Assembly (NCBI GenBank): GCA_028534125.1
Contig: CM052839.1
Location: 46,252,001-46,316,000 of the forward strand
Source: Lama glama
Taxonomy: Eukaryota
Reading direction: 5' to 3'
Length of the DNA stretch: 64,000 nucleotides
Numbering within the stretch: the first letter of the stretch is position 1; each line of letters opens with the position of its first letter. This document shows, piece by piece, positions 15,801-29,823 of this stretch. The notes under the pieces are model-generated. The model had not been told where the DNA came from. It made no database searches and was given only the letters and a program-made list of their open reading frames with translations. Position numbers and translations under genes: made by a program.

Positions 15801-16879
15801 TCTGAGAGGAAAGGAAGGCCCTGCTCCATTCACAGAAAAGCTGTCTGGACGAGGTGGGGTGCACAGCACCTCAGCCTGGTGCCCTTTCTGGACTGGCCGG
15901 AGGTGCCCGTCTGACCGGATGCTCTAACAGAACAGCCACGTCCACGTCGGCCGGCCTCGGTGCCCTTGGGCCGGCCTGTCCCCGGCTGTGGGGTGGGTGA
16001 GGATGACTAGGCTTGCTGTGGGACTATCTCAGCGAGCCCGCCGCCTGCGGGTGGGTGTTTTGGTGCTGCCTGACTGTCCCCAGATTCCACGCCCCGCAAG
16101 GAGGGAACCTGGTGTTTCTGTTCTGAAAAGGGATGGCTTAGGTCTCTAGTGGAAGAGAGACCCCCGCAGGTGGTGCACCCCCCTGCACGTGCACCCCAGT
16201 TGGTCCCGGGCCCCCAGCTTCGGTGGAGACGTCGCTGTTTGGGTGCTCTGGACCTCGCCCCCTCGGCCCTGCCCATTGTCCCTGGCTGGGGCCAGTCGTG
16301 CCTGCACTTGTGCCTGGTCCGAGTTGGCAGCACCCGCCCTGTCCTGTGTCCGTCTGGCGCCTGAGTCTCAGGGCCACTGGGGCGTAGCCTCTGCCGTCAG
16401 CAGTGCTCAGCACAGGCTGCCTGGTTGGCCCGCCGTCCCGGGCCCTAAAGAGGCGGGGATGCTGCCTGGCGCTGTGTCGCGGGGGTTGTTTCCTAGCGTT
16501 CCCCTCGGTCACATTCTTTCGTGTGTGGACCGTGATTCGTGCAGTGCTGGTTTCCTGCGGCTGACCTTCTGTCCCCGTCACTGGCCCTTCGGATACCCTC
16601 CTTCTGGTTTCTCCTGCGGTTGCTCAGAGCCCTTCCGCTGTGCTGCCGGCTCTGCTCCGGGTCTGCCGCCTGAAGCCTCGGGGGTGCTGGGGCAAGCTGG
16701 CCCCTAGTGCCCTCTTCTCACTGGGAGCGCGCGCTGCTGCGATGTCCCGCTGCTCGTTCAGGGAGGCGCACGCAGCCTCTGGCGTGGGGCACGGCGTCCG
16801 CTGTGGGCGGGCTTCCCTTGGCGCTCTTCGTCCCGCCCGCGGTTGATGGGAGCCTTCCTCGTGGGTGGGTGCTGGAGTT

Positions 16880-17620
16880 AACGCGAGGTGTTACCCTCAG
16901 TGGTTTCGGGTGTTAACCCAGCCTTGCATCCTTGCAAGTGGGGACTAGACCCCGTCTGGTCATGGGGTGAAGTCCACTTCACATGTTCCTGGATTTGCTT
17001 TGCTAACGTCTTGTTAAGGAGTTTTACCTGTTTGTTCAGGAGGGATACTGACCTGTGGTTTTCCTGTGATGGCTGGGCTTTTTTTTTTAGTTTTTAAAAA
17101 GAATTTCTTTAACTTAATTTAATTGTTAAAAACTTTGTTTTATTTATCTCTTTTTTTGTGGGGTGGGCTGAGGAGGTCATTAGGTTTATTTATTTTTCTC
17201 AGGGAGGTCCTGGGTTCAATCTTGTGCACACTGGGCATGCGCTCTGCCGCTGAGCTCTGCTCTCTTCTGGGGCGTTTGTATCAGGCGAGGACTGGCCTCA
17301 TGAAGTCAGCTGGGGTGTGTTCTCTGCTTCCTTAAAGCTTGCGTGGGATGGTACTTCTTCCTTAAATATGTGCTAGGATTGGTTAGTGAAGCCGTGTGTG
17401 CCTAGGGCTTCTTTTGTGCAGGGATTCTAAATTACTAATTAAATACCTTCACGTGATAAAGGTCTTTTCAAACTTTCTATTTTTTAAGTCATTTTTGCTA
17501 ATTTGGAACCTGCCTTGGAATTTGTCCATTTTCTCAAGTTGTCTGATTTGTTGTCATAAAGTTGTTGATGAAAGTCCTTTGTTACCTGTTAGTTCTGTGG
17601 GTCTCTTGTGAAGTCCTCGA
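16880..17620 (-). mobile_element. Old L1 ORF2 (RT-region) relic, interrupted by a SINE
   Basis: cagccttgcatcc...ggtcatgg...ctggatttgctttgcta...gtatcagg...ctggcctcat resembles antisense L1 ORF2 (recalled consensus); bounds approximate. Confidence 0.7.
17080..17267 (-). mobile_element. Degenerate Vic-1-type SINE inserted into an L1 relic, with an internal micro-inversion
   Basis: gaggtcattaggtttatttattt tail and gcatgcgctctgccgctgagct head match the other copies. Confidence 0.75.
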
Positions 17621-18324
17621 GCTGCTGACTCTGTGTCCATATGTACGTGTTGTGTGTGTGTACACATGTGCACACATACGTGTGTCAGAGCAGAAGTGCA
17701 ACCACACACACACTTGTGTTGTTGAACTGCTTTAACTTAAATCGCTCCAGTGCTCCTGACTCCTTCAGCGTGTGTTGTACACGATCAGCATGCCCACTCG
17801 GAGGGCTTCTTTTTAAAACAGAAGAAAGCTTTGTTGTTTCCCACATGACAATCGTTCTGATTTCAGCCTCGGCTGGAGGAAAACACGGCGGCGGCTTCGC
17901 GCTCGATGACGCTGACCTGCTGTCCGCTGGGTGCACGGGGCCAGGCCGGGTGTGGAGCGCGCGGGGTGGTTCTGGCGCTCCTGACCTGCGCTCAGACAGT
18001 GCGCCTTCCTGGTGGTGGTCTCTGCTCCACCGTCACACAGCTGTTGGCGTTCTGGAGCATGCCTCCCAGCGCCCCGCTCTCCACGGAGGACGGCGCCCTG
18101 GGCCTGGGCGCGGGCACGGGTAACTGCACCCCAGTTCTCGGTCCCTTCCAAAGGTTTCCTCTCCAGCCTCTTGTAACCCTTTCTCTGTTGTACACAAACT
18201 GTTCTCTTGTGGTGAGTGTGGAGAATAAAAATTCTGAAAGATGAAATGAATTATTTTGGTAATTTATGTTTTAAACTTGTAAATGTATTTGCAGCATTTT
18301 AACAAATATTTTTTCCTTTTTTAG

Positions 18325-18370
18325 GCACAAATATTTAAGCATGGAAAACGTGAGGACTGCTTACCCTATG
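18325..18370 (+). CDS. TBCD: TBCD coding exon 8 (46 nt)
   Basis: ttttttag|GCA...TAT G|gtaagg; AQIFKHGKREDCLPY(A). Confidence 0.97.
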
Positions 18371-19427
18371 GTAAGGTTTATTTGTGAATGATGGTGTGCT
18401 TGTGATGTGAATTTGCCCCAATTAAGACCCAGTGTGTCTCCTTAACATTTTATAGGAACAAAAATCTGTAACTTGCTGTATTTGGATACTATCATTTTTT
18501 TGGTTTGTCTTCGTGTGTGTGTGTATGTGTGTGTGAATAATCTGACTTTCATAATTAGGCCTCAGTATGGGACGTTTTGTCACATACAGGAAGGCAGTTC
18601 ATGAACTGTCATTTCTTTTCTTTTCTTTTTTTTTTCTTTTTTATTTCTTTTGAACTGTCATTTCTGACACAAACTCCTGGTCTTCAGTGCATGGTCCTCT
18701 AGTCTCATCCCAGCTCCTCCTCACCCCCAGACACCCTGCCCTTTCCCTGGACTCTGCTGACTCTTTAAAGCCTGATCTGGTACTACTGTCACCTGAGAAC
18801 GTGAACAGTGGTCACTTGGCATCCTCACACGCTGTCCCCGGCGGCCTCGTGCACACAGATCCCAGGGCGCATCAGTGCCACCCAGGCTGGTCATTGCATG
18901 GTCCAGTCCTTTGGGAAGTCTGCAGAGGCCACAACTTGGCTTGTAATCCTGCCCTCCAAGTCTCACAGGAAGAGTCCTGGGCATGCTCCCGGCCTCTGCT
19001 TCCCCTGACCCCACCTCCTTGTCCCAAACAGACCCTTCCCCATTCCCACAGCCTCACATCCGCTGCTGTCACCCACGTCGTGCCCCACAGCCGCCATGTG
19101 CAGCAGCAGCAGCAGAACTGCCTGAAAGCCCGAGTGCGTCTGCATGGTCCCCAGTGTGGCTGTGGTGCTCCTCTGTGCATGGCGGCGCCTCCCTCTCTGT
19201 GCCTCCTCCACACGCCTTGTTCACGGCGGGGCTCAACTCCAGTTGCACTTAGTAAATGATACTGGAGGAGGGGCTCTTGATGAAACAGAGCTCCAGGGGT
19301 TCAGGGTGAGTGTAGGCCTCCACACTGATCTGAGGGCCCTGGGAAAGCCCATGGTTTTGGTGTTGTGGATGCCAGGCATGGTGGGTGTGGTTCAGGAGGT
19401 CAGAAAAAACCCTTCCCACCAAACTGA

Positions 19428-19640
<213 letters not shown>

Positions 19641-20284
19641 TAGGGGCTGGTGGACAGGTGTCTCCTGCTTTCATCTTCTTTAGTCTCAGAAGTGTTTCTG
19701 ATCTTGAAAGGAACAGTTTTTCTTTTGGTTATTTTCTGACCCACATTTGAGGCTGGACTGAGGCCCAGAAGAGCTTGCTCCACACTTTGTGAAAGTGACT
19801 GCTGTCGGGGTTCGGTGCCACCTTGCGGCTTGGGCACTGTGAGGAGAGCTTGTTCTGATCAGCCTGGGTCCCAGTCACAGGCTTCTTTCAGAGGAAGCCA
19901 GCTACCTCCCCGGGTTTATTCAGAAAACAGAGCTGTCTTTGCTTGAGGGTGGCAGCGGCCTGCTTTAATGGATAGACTGCTTTTGAGTCCGTGGTTCCCA
20001 GGGAAGTAGACCTTTCTACTGTGCTTGGGGTAATGTCTTTTTAACAATCTTCAGTTTTATTTCGAGTAGTAAGATGTATGGTTTGGCAGGAATTACCTGA
20101 TTAAGTTTGCTCAGCCTTCGTCTCCAGTGATAGCAGGTTCCAGAGAAGTGTGTTCTGTTTTAGGGCTGTTCTACGGACATACCTCTTGGGTGTTCTGCGT
20201 ACAGCTTGTTCCGTAAGTTGTTGTTGGTGAGACTAAACGTTAGTGGTTACTTTCCAGATGCCATGGAAATCAACGTTCTACTCT

Positions 20285-20490
20285 GTAATAGGGCTCCCTC
20301 GAAAAACAGGACCTATGTATGTGTGCATACGTGTGTGTGTGCGTGCAGACTTATTGTGAGGAACTGGCTCGTGCGGTTGTGGTGGTGGTTGTGGAGGCTG
20401 GCACATGCCAGGGTCTGGGAGCTGGAGGCCCGGGAGGAGCTGGTGCTGCAGTTTGAGTCTGGAGGCAGGAAGGCACCGCGTTTCCTCTGT
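20285..20490. mobile_element. MLT2-like LTR relic
   Basis: agggctccctcgaaaaacaggacctat...ttattgtgaggaactggctc...tggaggctgg...gctgcagtttgagtctg. Confidence 0.55.
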
Positions 20491-21194
20491 CCCGACCACA
20501 CCTCCGTGTTCGTCAGGGTGATGGCAACATGGTGGGCTCAGCCTGCGTCTTGCTGTTTGTTTTCTCTCTTCTGGCTTTTCCTTCTTTTTCTTCACTTTGT
20601 CCTCTCTGATGTATTTTCACGTTGCCTTTTAGACTCCTCCTTTTAGTGGTTAACTTCCCCCGAGAGGAGTAACCTGTTGGCAGGTGGGCCCAGCACTCTG
20701 ACCGCCCAGCGCCCGAGGCCTCTGCTCCCTGACGCGGGTGTGGCACTCACACGAGGCCCCAGTGAGAGTTCCGTGCAGAGTTCCGGTGCCTGCTCAGCTC
20801 CCCTCCCCGGCACCTGTCCCACTTCCTCACCGTCTCCCTAGTCAGGGACTTTGTTCTACCTCTGCCTGGGCTCCATTTCCCTGTGCGTGCTTTAGAAAGT
20901 GCCTTTTGGGAGGAAGCAGAGGTGAAGGGGGTGCACCTGGGGGCCTCCTTCCCCGTGGTTGTCACCTTGTTCCTGCCAGCAGTTGCTTTGTGTATTTTGT
21001 CCGGATTTTGTGGTTGGTTGAGGCAGAGGGAAAGTCCAGTGCAGCCTGGGGCCTGTCATCGTATGTCCACCTGTCTTTGATTGCTGAGCGCTGTTGTGAG
21101 CCCTCTTCCTCTGGGATAGCTGGCACGTGTCCTGGCTGGGGGGTGGTCGCAGGGCGCCTGTTCATCTGCCAGGTGACGCCCCTGGTCAAGGTAC

Positions 21195-21800
21195 CTGTTG
21201 CTGCTCCAATTCAGGCGCCAGCCCCGATGTGCCCTGCAGCCGATCTCAGTTCTGAGCCCATCTACCTGGACAGTGCACTGGACCCCCCGGTCAAGGGCTC
21301 AGCCCACAAGAGTCCACCCTGGCTCCCATCGCAAGTCCAGGTGTCACCTGTGCTTCTGACAGACCGGCTGCCCATGGCGCTTCCCACAACCCCCTGGTTG
21401 GGTTTGGTGATTTGCTGGAGTGGCTCGTTGAGCTCAGAGAAGCATTTGACGTGTGAGATCATGGGTTTGTCGTAAAAGGCTCTGATGCAGGAACGGCGGG
21501 TGGGAGACATGTAAAAGGCACGGCCTGGGGGGCCTGGAGCTCCCTCGCCCGCCGAGTGTGCCACCCGCACATCCCGCCATGTGTCCACCAGCTCAGCAGT
21601 TCTCCAGACCACCTCTTCTGGGTCTTTGTGGAGGCCTTGCTATGCAGCCGGGGGTGATGAGGTGACTGGCCACCGGCGCTTGGTTGAGCTCCCTGGAGGT
21701 TGGGGTGGGACTGAAAGCTCAGCTATCTCATCCCACAGTTGTCCCAGCACCAGCACTGTCCTCGGGGCTCTCCCAGAGTCCCCTTTTCCCTGCAGCAGAG
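21195..21800. mobile_element. MER21/MER77-like LTR relic
   Basis: aagggctcagcccacaaga...cgcaagtccaggtgtcacctgtgcttctgac...ttcccacaaccccct...gatttgctggagtggctc. Confidence 0.5.
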
Positions 21801-22945
21801 GAGCTTAACCGAGAAATGGACAAAGACTAAACGTGTTTCCTGTTACCAGTCACACCGTCACGACTAGGGAACATGGTACCCCCACGTTTAGCAGCTTCAG
21901 ACTGCATTTTTAATGCCACTGCTTCTGTGGCCGGAGTCCAGGTGTGCTTAGCTGTGCCCTCTGGTTGGGGTCTCTCTGAGGGCTTCACGAAGTTCAGCTG
22001 GAGGCGCCCCACATCCAGGCACACAGGCGGCATTCTCGTAGCCTCGGGGGATGTCCCCTCACCTCTGCTGTGCTCGTGGTGAGGAGAGAGTCCTGGGCGC
22101 GGCTGCTCTGAGGGGTTGTGTGAGAACCAGGATGCCGGCTGCCTGGGAGCTGCGTGACCTTGTCCTTGTTTTACGAGACCGCAGGCCTCCAGGCCACAGT
22201 TACGGGTGTCTGAGCTGGGGCTCAAGCTCCGTGTTGGTCTCCCGGGCCCAGGTCTCTGCAAACTGGACTGGCCTCAGCCCGCGGCCCCCAGCCTGCGGCC
22301 CCTAGCTTTCACTCTGACTTGGCACCTTTTATGCCCCAGGCTGTCCTGAGCTGGGCCTGCCCGTCTCTGGGAGGGCTGGCGTTTGAGGGCCTTGCTCTGT
22401 GCGGGCCCTGCTGGGAGTGCTTCATGCCCACCCCCGTCCCCTGGGGAAGCGGTGCAGGCCAGACAGCTGAGCTGGCCTGTGCTGGTGGCCTCAGCGATGG
22501 TGGGGGGTCGGTGGGAAGTGGTGAGCATGGTCTGTGGGAGCTGGTGGTGGACGAGCTGTGGCACTAGGGGTGACGAGGCAGCATCTGGCCCTGCGGTGGG
22601 GGACGGGGTCAGGGGGCGGTTGCTCTGCTCAGCTGGGGCCGGAGGCCAAGCGCGTGAAGCTGAGGACAGGGCAGTGGGCTCACACTCGCCATCCCTGCTG
22701 TTTCCACGTGTGGGGCGGGTTCTGAGTGGTGTGGAGTATGGTTCTGGGTTCTGTGGCCGGGTCGAGGTCTTTTCTGGGCAGCCGACACTGGCCGTGGTCA
22801 GTGCCAGCCTCCTTCCTGTTCATCCCCCTGTGCGTGTGTGCGATTGTCGCAGATGTGACCTGAGTTGTTGATTCCAGCTGTCGAGACGGCTTCCCCTCCA
22901 GCACCTGGTCGTCCTGTGGGCCTGATGTGCATTTGCTTCTCACAG

Positions 22946-23082
22946 GTACCAGCGCGGCTGCCGCTCCTTGGCTGCCAGCCTGCAGCCCTGCGCCCAGAGT
23001 CCACGAGAGCTGGGGACGCAGGCCGAGAGCCCAGACAGCGACGGAGAGGATGATGTCCCCGAGGAGGTGGAGAGCGTGATAG
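22946..23082 (+). CDS. TBCD: TBCD coding exon 10 (137 nt)
   Basis: ctcacag|G TAC...ATA G|gtgcgc; YQRGCRSLAASLQ...DGEDDVPEEVESVI(E). Confidence 0.96.
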
Positions 23083-23525
23083 GTGCGCACCCCCCACCAT
23101 GCTCCACCTGGGCAGGTCGGAGGTGAGGCTGGGGCTGTCGGACGGCTCAGTCATGGCGCACCTTCCACCCTCACAGGCTCTGTTCTGCGCGGTAGGCCTT
23201 CCACTGCTGCCTGGTGTCTTGCACCGGGGTCTCCACTGACCTGCTTGCAAGGCCCTTACCACTTGGGAGGCCCTGACACTCCCAGCGTTTGTTTGGTGTC
23301 TCCATGGCCTTTCCTGGAGGCTGGCTGTTTCCAAGACCCCTTCCCCAGCCTCTGGCAGACACCCGGAAAGTCTCTGGGAAGCCTCCCACTGACCTGCGGC
23401 CTTCCCTGCTGGCACCCTCTGCCAGTGACCGTCGTGGTAGGTGGGTCTGCTTTCAGGGATAGTGGCCTTCAATGACGATTTGAAAATGCAGAGGAGAAGG
23501 TGTTCTCTCTTGCAGCAAGCATTAA

Positions 23526-23681
<156 letters not shown>

Positions 23682-24083
23682 TAGGTGTCCGCATCTGCGT
23701 CTGCGTCGGCCGGGGCTGGGGTGGGGCGAGGGGGGGGGTGGCAGCTTGTGCACACGACCCCCCCACCCCCCACCGGGTCTGCTGAGCCTCCGTCATTCAG
23801 CGAGTGTCGTGGGATTTGAGAGCTGTAGACAGCCTGGAGAGTTTGGGAGGGTAGAACGATTTTTTCCTGATTCGCGTTGGTCGCTGTATGTTCTGGTTTC
23901 AAAGACAATCACTGAGGTTGACGAGCAGCCTGTTCGTTCTGTCGCCTTTCCGGCTCGAATGGCACCCCCCCCCCGATGGGGCGCCCCCTCTCCCGTCTCG
24001 GAGCTCCGGGGGGAGGAGGCAGCCCATCCAGCCAGGCCAGGGCCATGGGGGACACACGAGGTGGACGTTGTGGAGAAAAGTAA

Positions 24084-24308
<225 letters not shown>

Positions 24309-25943
24309 TAGGCGCGGGGAGCGCGGGGTTGCGGGCAGGCGTGTTTCTGGGTGAAGGCAGTGGCTCCCCCTGCCCCGTCGCTGAGCTGGTCGTTGGGCTC
24401 CCTGCAGCCTTTTCTCCTCCTCCTGAAGTTAGTTTTGGGGACTCCAGTTGTTCTCCTGTGCTGCTTTTATCAGCTTAGACTCCAGTACATTTAAAGCCTT
24501 GACGAAGAAGAGGTCAGTTTTGCGCATGTCCACACGTGGAAGAGTGTCCTTTGAGGGAGCCGTTTTCTTTGGACTGGAACCAGGTCCGCCCTTTTCGAGG
24601 GAGCTTCTCTGAGCTTGGCCTGTCCCAGGTCTGGGGCTGTCGAGATCTTCGCAGAGGCCCTGGGGGCTGAGGTCTGAATTCTAAACCGCGTTTAAGTTTG
24701 TTGGATTTAAATTGAACAGCCACATGTGGTGGCAGTCGTGCTGTGTCTGCTGTGACCTCCCAGGGGACCCTGGGTAGTACCTGCCCCTCCACTCAGATGG
24801 TTTGAGGGGCGTTAGCTCAGGATGGCCCCCAGAGATAGTGCCCAGGCCCCTCAGCCCAGGGCTGGGTGGAAGCGGCTGCCAAGGAGGGGAGGAGGCCTGG
24901 CCGGGCCCTGGAATCTGCCGTCTGAACCCAGCTCTGGGTGGTGGGAGGGGGTGGTCTCCAGGCAACAGGGTCCCGGGTGTGCTATGGACCCGGCGCTGCC
25001 CTGTCTCAGTGGCGGTGCACCACTCTCCTCCCTAGCCTTTCCCACTGGTAACATTTCAGTTACAAAGTCAGGTGGAGGCGATGACCCCTCTGCCCCTCTG
25101 CACCCCTGCCCATGCCGTCCCCTCGCAGGTAACCCGGCGCCCTTCCCTCGTGTCCTTCCAGGAATGGTGAGTGTGGGGTGGGGGACAGAGGAAAACATCT
25201 CCTCCACTCACACTGCCCCACTGTCCTCTTCCAGGGCGTCCTCAGTTGGGTCCCGACCTAGTCTCGGCCTTCCGCTCTCCTGAACCTGCTGTGGTTTCCA
25301 CTCCTCTGATACCAGGGTTGCCCAGGGCTTGGCTCTGGGGCAGGCACTCACCCTCAGGCAGTGGGTGCAGCACGCGCTGGGGATGGTGGCACGTGGGCGT
25401 CCGTGTCCGCGGTGCCGGTTTGGGGGGTTCTGAGTCCCCGCCGATCTGAGAAGCAGGTATTCTCACTCGGTGTAAGGCCAGGGTTGCCCCTTTAAACGAG
25501 AGCTTCCCGAGGACTTCAGGGAAGTTTCACTAAGTGCAACATTTTCTCGTGAGGTGACTAGTAGGCGTTATAACTGTTGACTAGAAGTCTGTGTTTCGGA
25601 CGGTACAGAGAAGTTCTCTACGTGCTGTTTCATTCTAACTTTCTAATCTCGGTTTTACTCTTTTGAGTTGTCGGGGCCTCTGTGGAAAGGCCTCCTCGCC
25701 CCTCCCGCTGCTGTGGCCTTAACCTAGGTGCGGTCCTGGCACCAGGAGCCCAAGTTTGCTGAGCAGTGTGGTTGCTTAAATGGGCGGGAGTGGCGGTTGC
25801 GGGGGCCCTCCTGTGGGGTCGGGGGTCTGACCAGGATGTGGACTTGGAACTGGGGAGCTGAGCGTGGCAGTTCCTGCCGGTTCGGTTGGAGGACTGTCTC
25901 CTTAGCCGACTGGCATTTTAAGTGCTCACGGGGGGCTTCATGA

Positions 25944-26198
<255 letters not shown>

Positions 26199-26756
26199 TG
26201 ACTCCTCCCCTCCCCTTTCCTCCCCTCTACGGTGGGCTCCCCCAGCGCATGCCTGCTGTCCGCCCGGATTTGGAGGGCCGGCTGGGAGCCGCTGCCTTAT
26301 CCTCTTAACCAGTTTCACCCCGCTGGAGTGGGGGAGATCACCCATTAACGGTGTGTGAGTGGCCACTGTGGTCCCCTGGGCACGAGGCTCATGCTTGCGA
26401 AGGATCGGGGAGGGGGCTTGGCAGTGGGCCTGAGCAGGGGCACAGCGGGGTGGGTGTGCCAGCGTGGGGCTGCGGCCACCTGGAGCCCTGTCTGTGGTTG
26501 TGGGGACTGTCCCTGGAAGTGGCATCAGTGCCCCTGTGGGTAGAAGGGAGGGACATCCTGAAGGATGGAGAGGACCCCATCCTGGGTGTGTCACTATGGA
26601 CGCCATGCATCCTGGGGCCACTTCTGTCCGTGCAGAGGGGTGCAGCCCAGTACCTGAGCTCAGGGTGTCACAGGTGCTGGCTAGCACCTGGCATCGTGAG
26701 GCATAAGGAGGGCTTCTCGACCCCTGTTTCTGGGGAGTCACTCTGGTCATGTCTGT

Positions 26757-27850
26757 AGCAGCTTTGTTGAGATATAATTAATGGAGCATTAAGTTCACCC
26801 ATTTAAAGTGTCCAGTTTGGTGACTTACGGCATATTTGCAGAGTGTGCGACCATCTTATGTACCTCATTGTCCCTCAGAGGAAACCCTGCACCAGGGAGA
26901 AGTCACCCTGCCTCCCCTCAGCGCCCACCCCAGGCGTCCGCTAGTCTGCTGTTCGTCTGTAAATTTGCTGCTTCTGGACACTTGTAAACGGCGTCTACGG
27001 TGGGGGTCTCCGTGTCTGACTTCTCTCCCTTGCTGGGCGTGTGTGACCTTCATCTGTGCTGTGTGGGACAGCGTTTCGTGGGTGGACGCCCACTGCGTGT
27101 CTTGCACTACTGGGTGGACGTGGGTCTTCACTCTAGTGATTGTGGATCATGCGCTGTGAACATTTGTGTATGAGTGTGTGTGTGCACATAGGATTTGAGT
27201 CCTCTTAGTTGTAGACCTGGGAGTGGAATTGCTGGATCTTATGCTCAATCTGTCTGTAACTTTTTGAGAAACTACAAACTGATTTCCAAAATGGTGGCAC
27301 CACTGACACCCCTGCGATTCCTGTGAACTGTGTAAAGTGCACAGTTCGGGGCATTCACTCCCTTTACCTCACTGCACAGCCTTTGTCATCACCGTCTGTT
27401 TCCAAAACTTGCATTTCCCCAAACAGAAACTGTCCACATTAAACACTCCCTCCCCTGACTGATCTGTCTGCCTCTGTGACCTCTGACCTTGCCTGCTTTG
27501 GGGCCTCATGTGAGTGGAACTGTGACGATTTGTCCTTTTGTGTCTGACTGACTTCACTCAGCGTGATGTCTTCGGGGTCAGATCCACGTGGCAGCCTGTG
27601 CCAGAAGTGCACCCCTCGTTAGGCCTGAATCACCCTCTGCCAAGCGGCTCTTCCACGGCTTGCTCAGCTCCTCCTCTGTCGGGACACTGGGCTCATCTCC
27701 CCCTCCTCACTGTGCTGGGTAACGCTGCTGTAGGCGCTGGTGTGCACGCGTCTGCCTGAGCCCTCGTTCCGTTTCTCTCAGGTGTGTACCTAGGACTGGA
27801 ATTGCTGGGCTTCATGGTAATTCTGTGTTTAGCTTTTTGAGGGTTCATGC
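26757..27850 (-). mobile_element. Two adjacent old L1 (L1MB-like) 3' end fragments
   Basis: cagctttgttgagatataatt...ttcacccatttaaagtg...; gtggaattgctgg-type motif occurs twice. Confidence 0.7.
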
Positions 27851-28689
27851 TTTTTGTATGTAAAGGTTAGAAGCTTAGAGTTCTGAAGTCAGGTTCTATG
27901 TGAATGCAGAGAGGTACTATGGCTGAAGAATCAGCGAGACTTTTTTTTTGGTTACAAAGGTCTAGAACCCCGTTGTGCTTGTAAAGACAGATACAGACAG
28001 CCTGCTGTGCGTGCAGGCCACCTGGGGGGAGTCGCACTAGGGGGTGGTCCCAGAGCTGCTGTGAGCCCCTAGGCGGCCCCAGGACTACTGGCCTGCGGGG
28101 CCGCAGGAGGCCTAGCAGTCATCAGCCGCCTCTGGTTCCTCTTGTCACGATAAGTGGTGGCGAATGCTTCTGGGTGAGCTGTAAAAAGCGTTCTTAGAAT
28201 CTGTCGGCCTTGGAAATGGTCTGTTTCCTTGGGTGTAAAGCATGAGGTAAGAGCTTGTCTGTGCGGCACGAGGCTGTGGGCCCAGAGCTGGAACAGCCCC
28301 CGTCACATGGTTCTGCCCCCAGCGGGGTGCGGCCCTGCTGGAGAGCAGGGGCACCCTGATCCTGGCCTTTGTCAGAGTGAATTGGTGTACGAAACCTGAG
28401 GGCCGTCGTGCCGGCGATGGCAGCCGTGTGTGCATTGGTTTCTGGGCAAGAGCGCGCCTGGTGGGCTCCTGGCAGGTGGTTGTCTGCAGGTGCACCTCGG
28501 GCGGGCTGCAGGGCCCCCCCGCGTCCTGGGTGACTTCGGACTCCTGTTGCCTGAAAAGAGTTGTGACAACGTCTGCGTCCCTTTTGTAAGTTGTAATCAG
28601 TGGTTTTTATAAATTTAACCTGTTGCAAAGCAGGCTGTTTGCCATCCTGAATAGTGTTACTTTAAAACAAAGCTATTGCATCACTGTTT

Positions 28690-28821
28690 CTTTTTCTTTA
28701 ATTTATTAAAAATTTTTTTTGTTCGGGGGAGGTAATTATTTTTAGAGGAGGTGCTGGGGATTGAACTCAGGACCTTGCACATGCTAAGCACACGCTCTGC
28801 CCCTGAGCTCCACCTTCCCCC
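28690..28821 (-). mobile_element. tRNA-Ala-derived SINE (Vic-1 type)
   Basis: Same head and T-rich tail; flanking cactgttt direct repeat (28682-28689 and 28822-28829). Confidence 0.88.
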
Positions 28822-29735
28822 CACTGTTTAAATACACCCAGTGGATCAGCCATTGTGGTACGCTGAAACCTACCATCCTCCGTCCACATGCGGGGACTTA
28901 CCCATGTCTCCTTGAGCCCATATTTCCGGTTACTTTTCCCAGAGAATTTTCCCTGATGTCACATATCCCTGCACTTAGTAAAGGTCTCTTACAGGTCTCC
29001 CCGTCCAGGGCCTTCAGTGAGGGGACGTCTGTGAATGCAAAGTCTGTTACGTTCTGTTCTGCCAAAAGGTACTAAGTATTTAAGAACTTTTCTAGATTGA
29101 GTTTTTACAGAATTAGTTATTAGTAGAAACTTGATCAAGACAACTGAAAATAAAATTTCACTGGAACGCAGCTGTTCAGGTGAGTGTCTAGTTCAGCTGT
29201 GTGGTGTGTGGTGTGTGGTGCTTATACTGAGAGTGAGCTGAATTTCTGCCTCAGCTTTTTACTGAACGTTTTAAATTTTCAGCTCTCAGTGCTGAGGCCT
29301 GTCCCACACATGTCACCGGGAATGACGTTGGCTTTAATGGTGCCTGTTGTTTGAACTCTCCTCGGTCGGCTCTGTTGGGACCGCCTCTGTTTTGGCCAAA
29401 GTGTGAGTGAAAACCAGCTGCCTTGTGGAGAGAGGGCTTTCTCAGCCCCAGCCACTGTTTCTGGGCCCTTTGTCGGCCCTGCAGGTGGTGTATTGGCTGA
29501 GATGCCCTTGGACAGTGGGGAGGGGCCCTCATGAGGCTGCAGGGCCGGTGGCTCTTGCAGGCAACAGCTTAGGAGGCTGTGGCCACGGGTGTCTGCACAC
29601 GCTGGGCTCGAGCACTGGTGGATGGTGGACACGCTCATGCTCACGCGCTCTCACACAGCCGCTCACACAGATGCACCCTTGTTCTCAGTTTGTTCTAATT
29701 GGTGCTTCAGCTCTTTTCTCCTTTTCACTGAATTA

Positions 29736-29741
29736 TTTATT
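29736..29741 (-). terminator. Candidate distal poly(A) signal AATAAA of ZNF750
   Basis: TTTATT on the + strand, about 725 nt after the stop. Confidence 0.5.
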
Positions 29742-29817
29742 GAGGCAAATACTCCGAAGTATAACCCAGAGTTTATGTTGGTCATCTTCTTACATATCCT
29801 TATGGTTCACCTATGAG

Positions 29818-29823
29818 TTTATT
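29818..29823 (-). terminator. Candidate proximal poly(A) signal AATAAA of ZNF750
   Basis: TTTATT on the + strand, about 640 nt after the stop. Confidence 0.6.
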
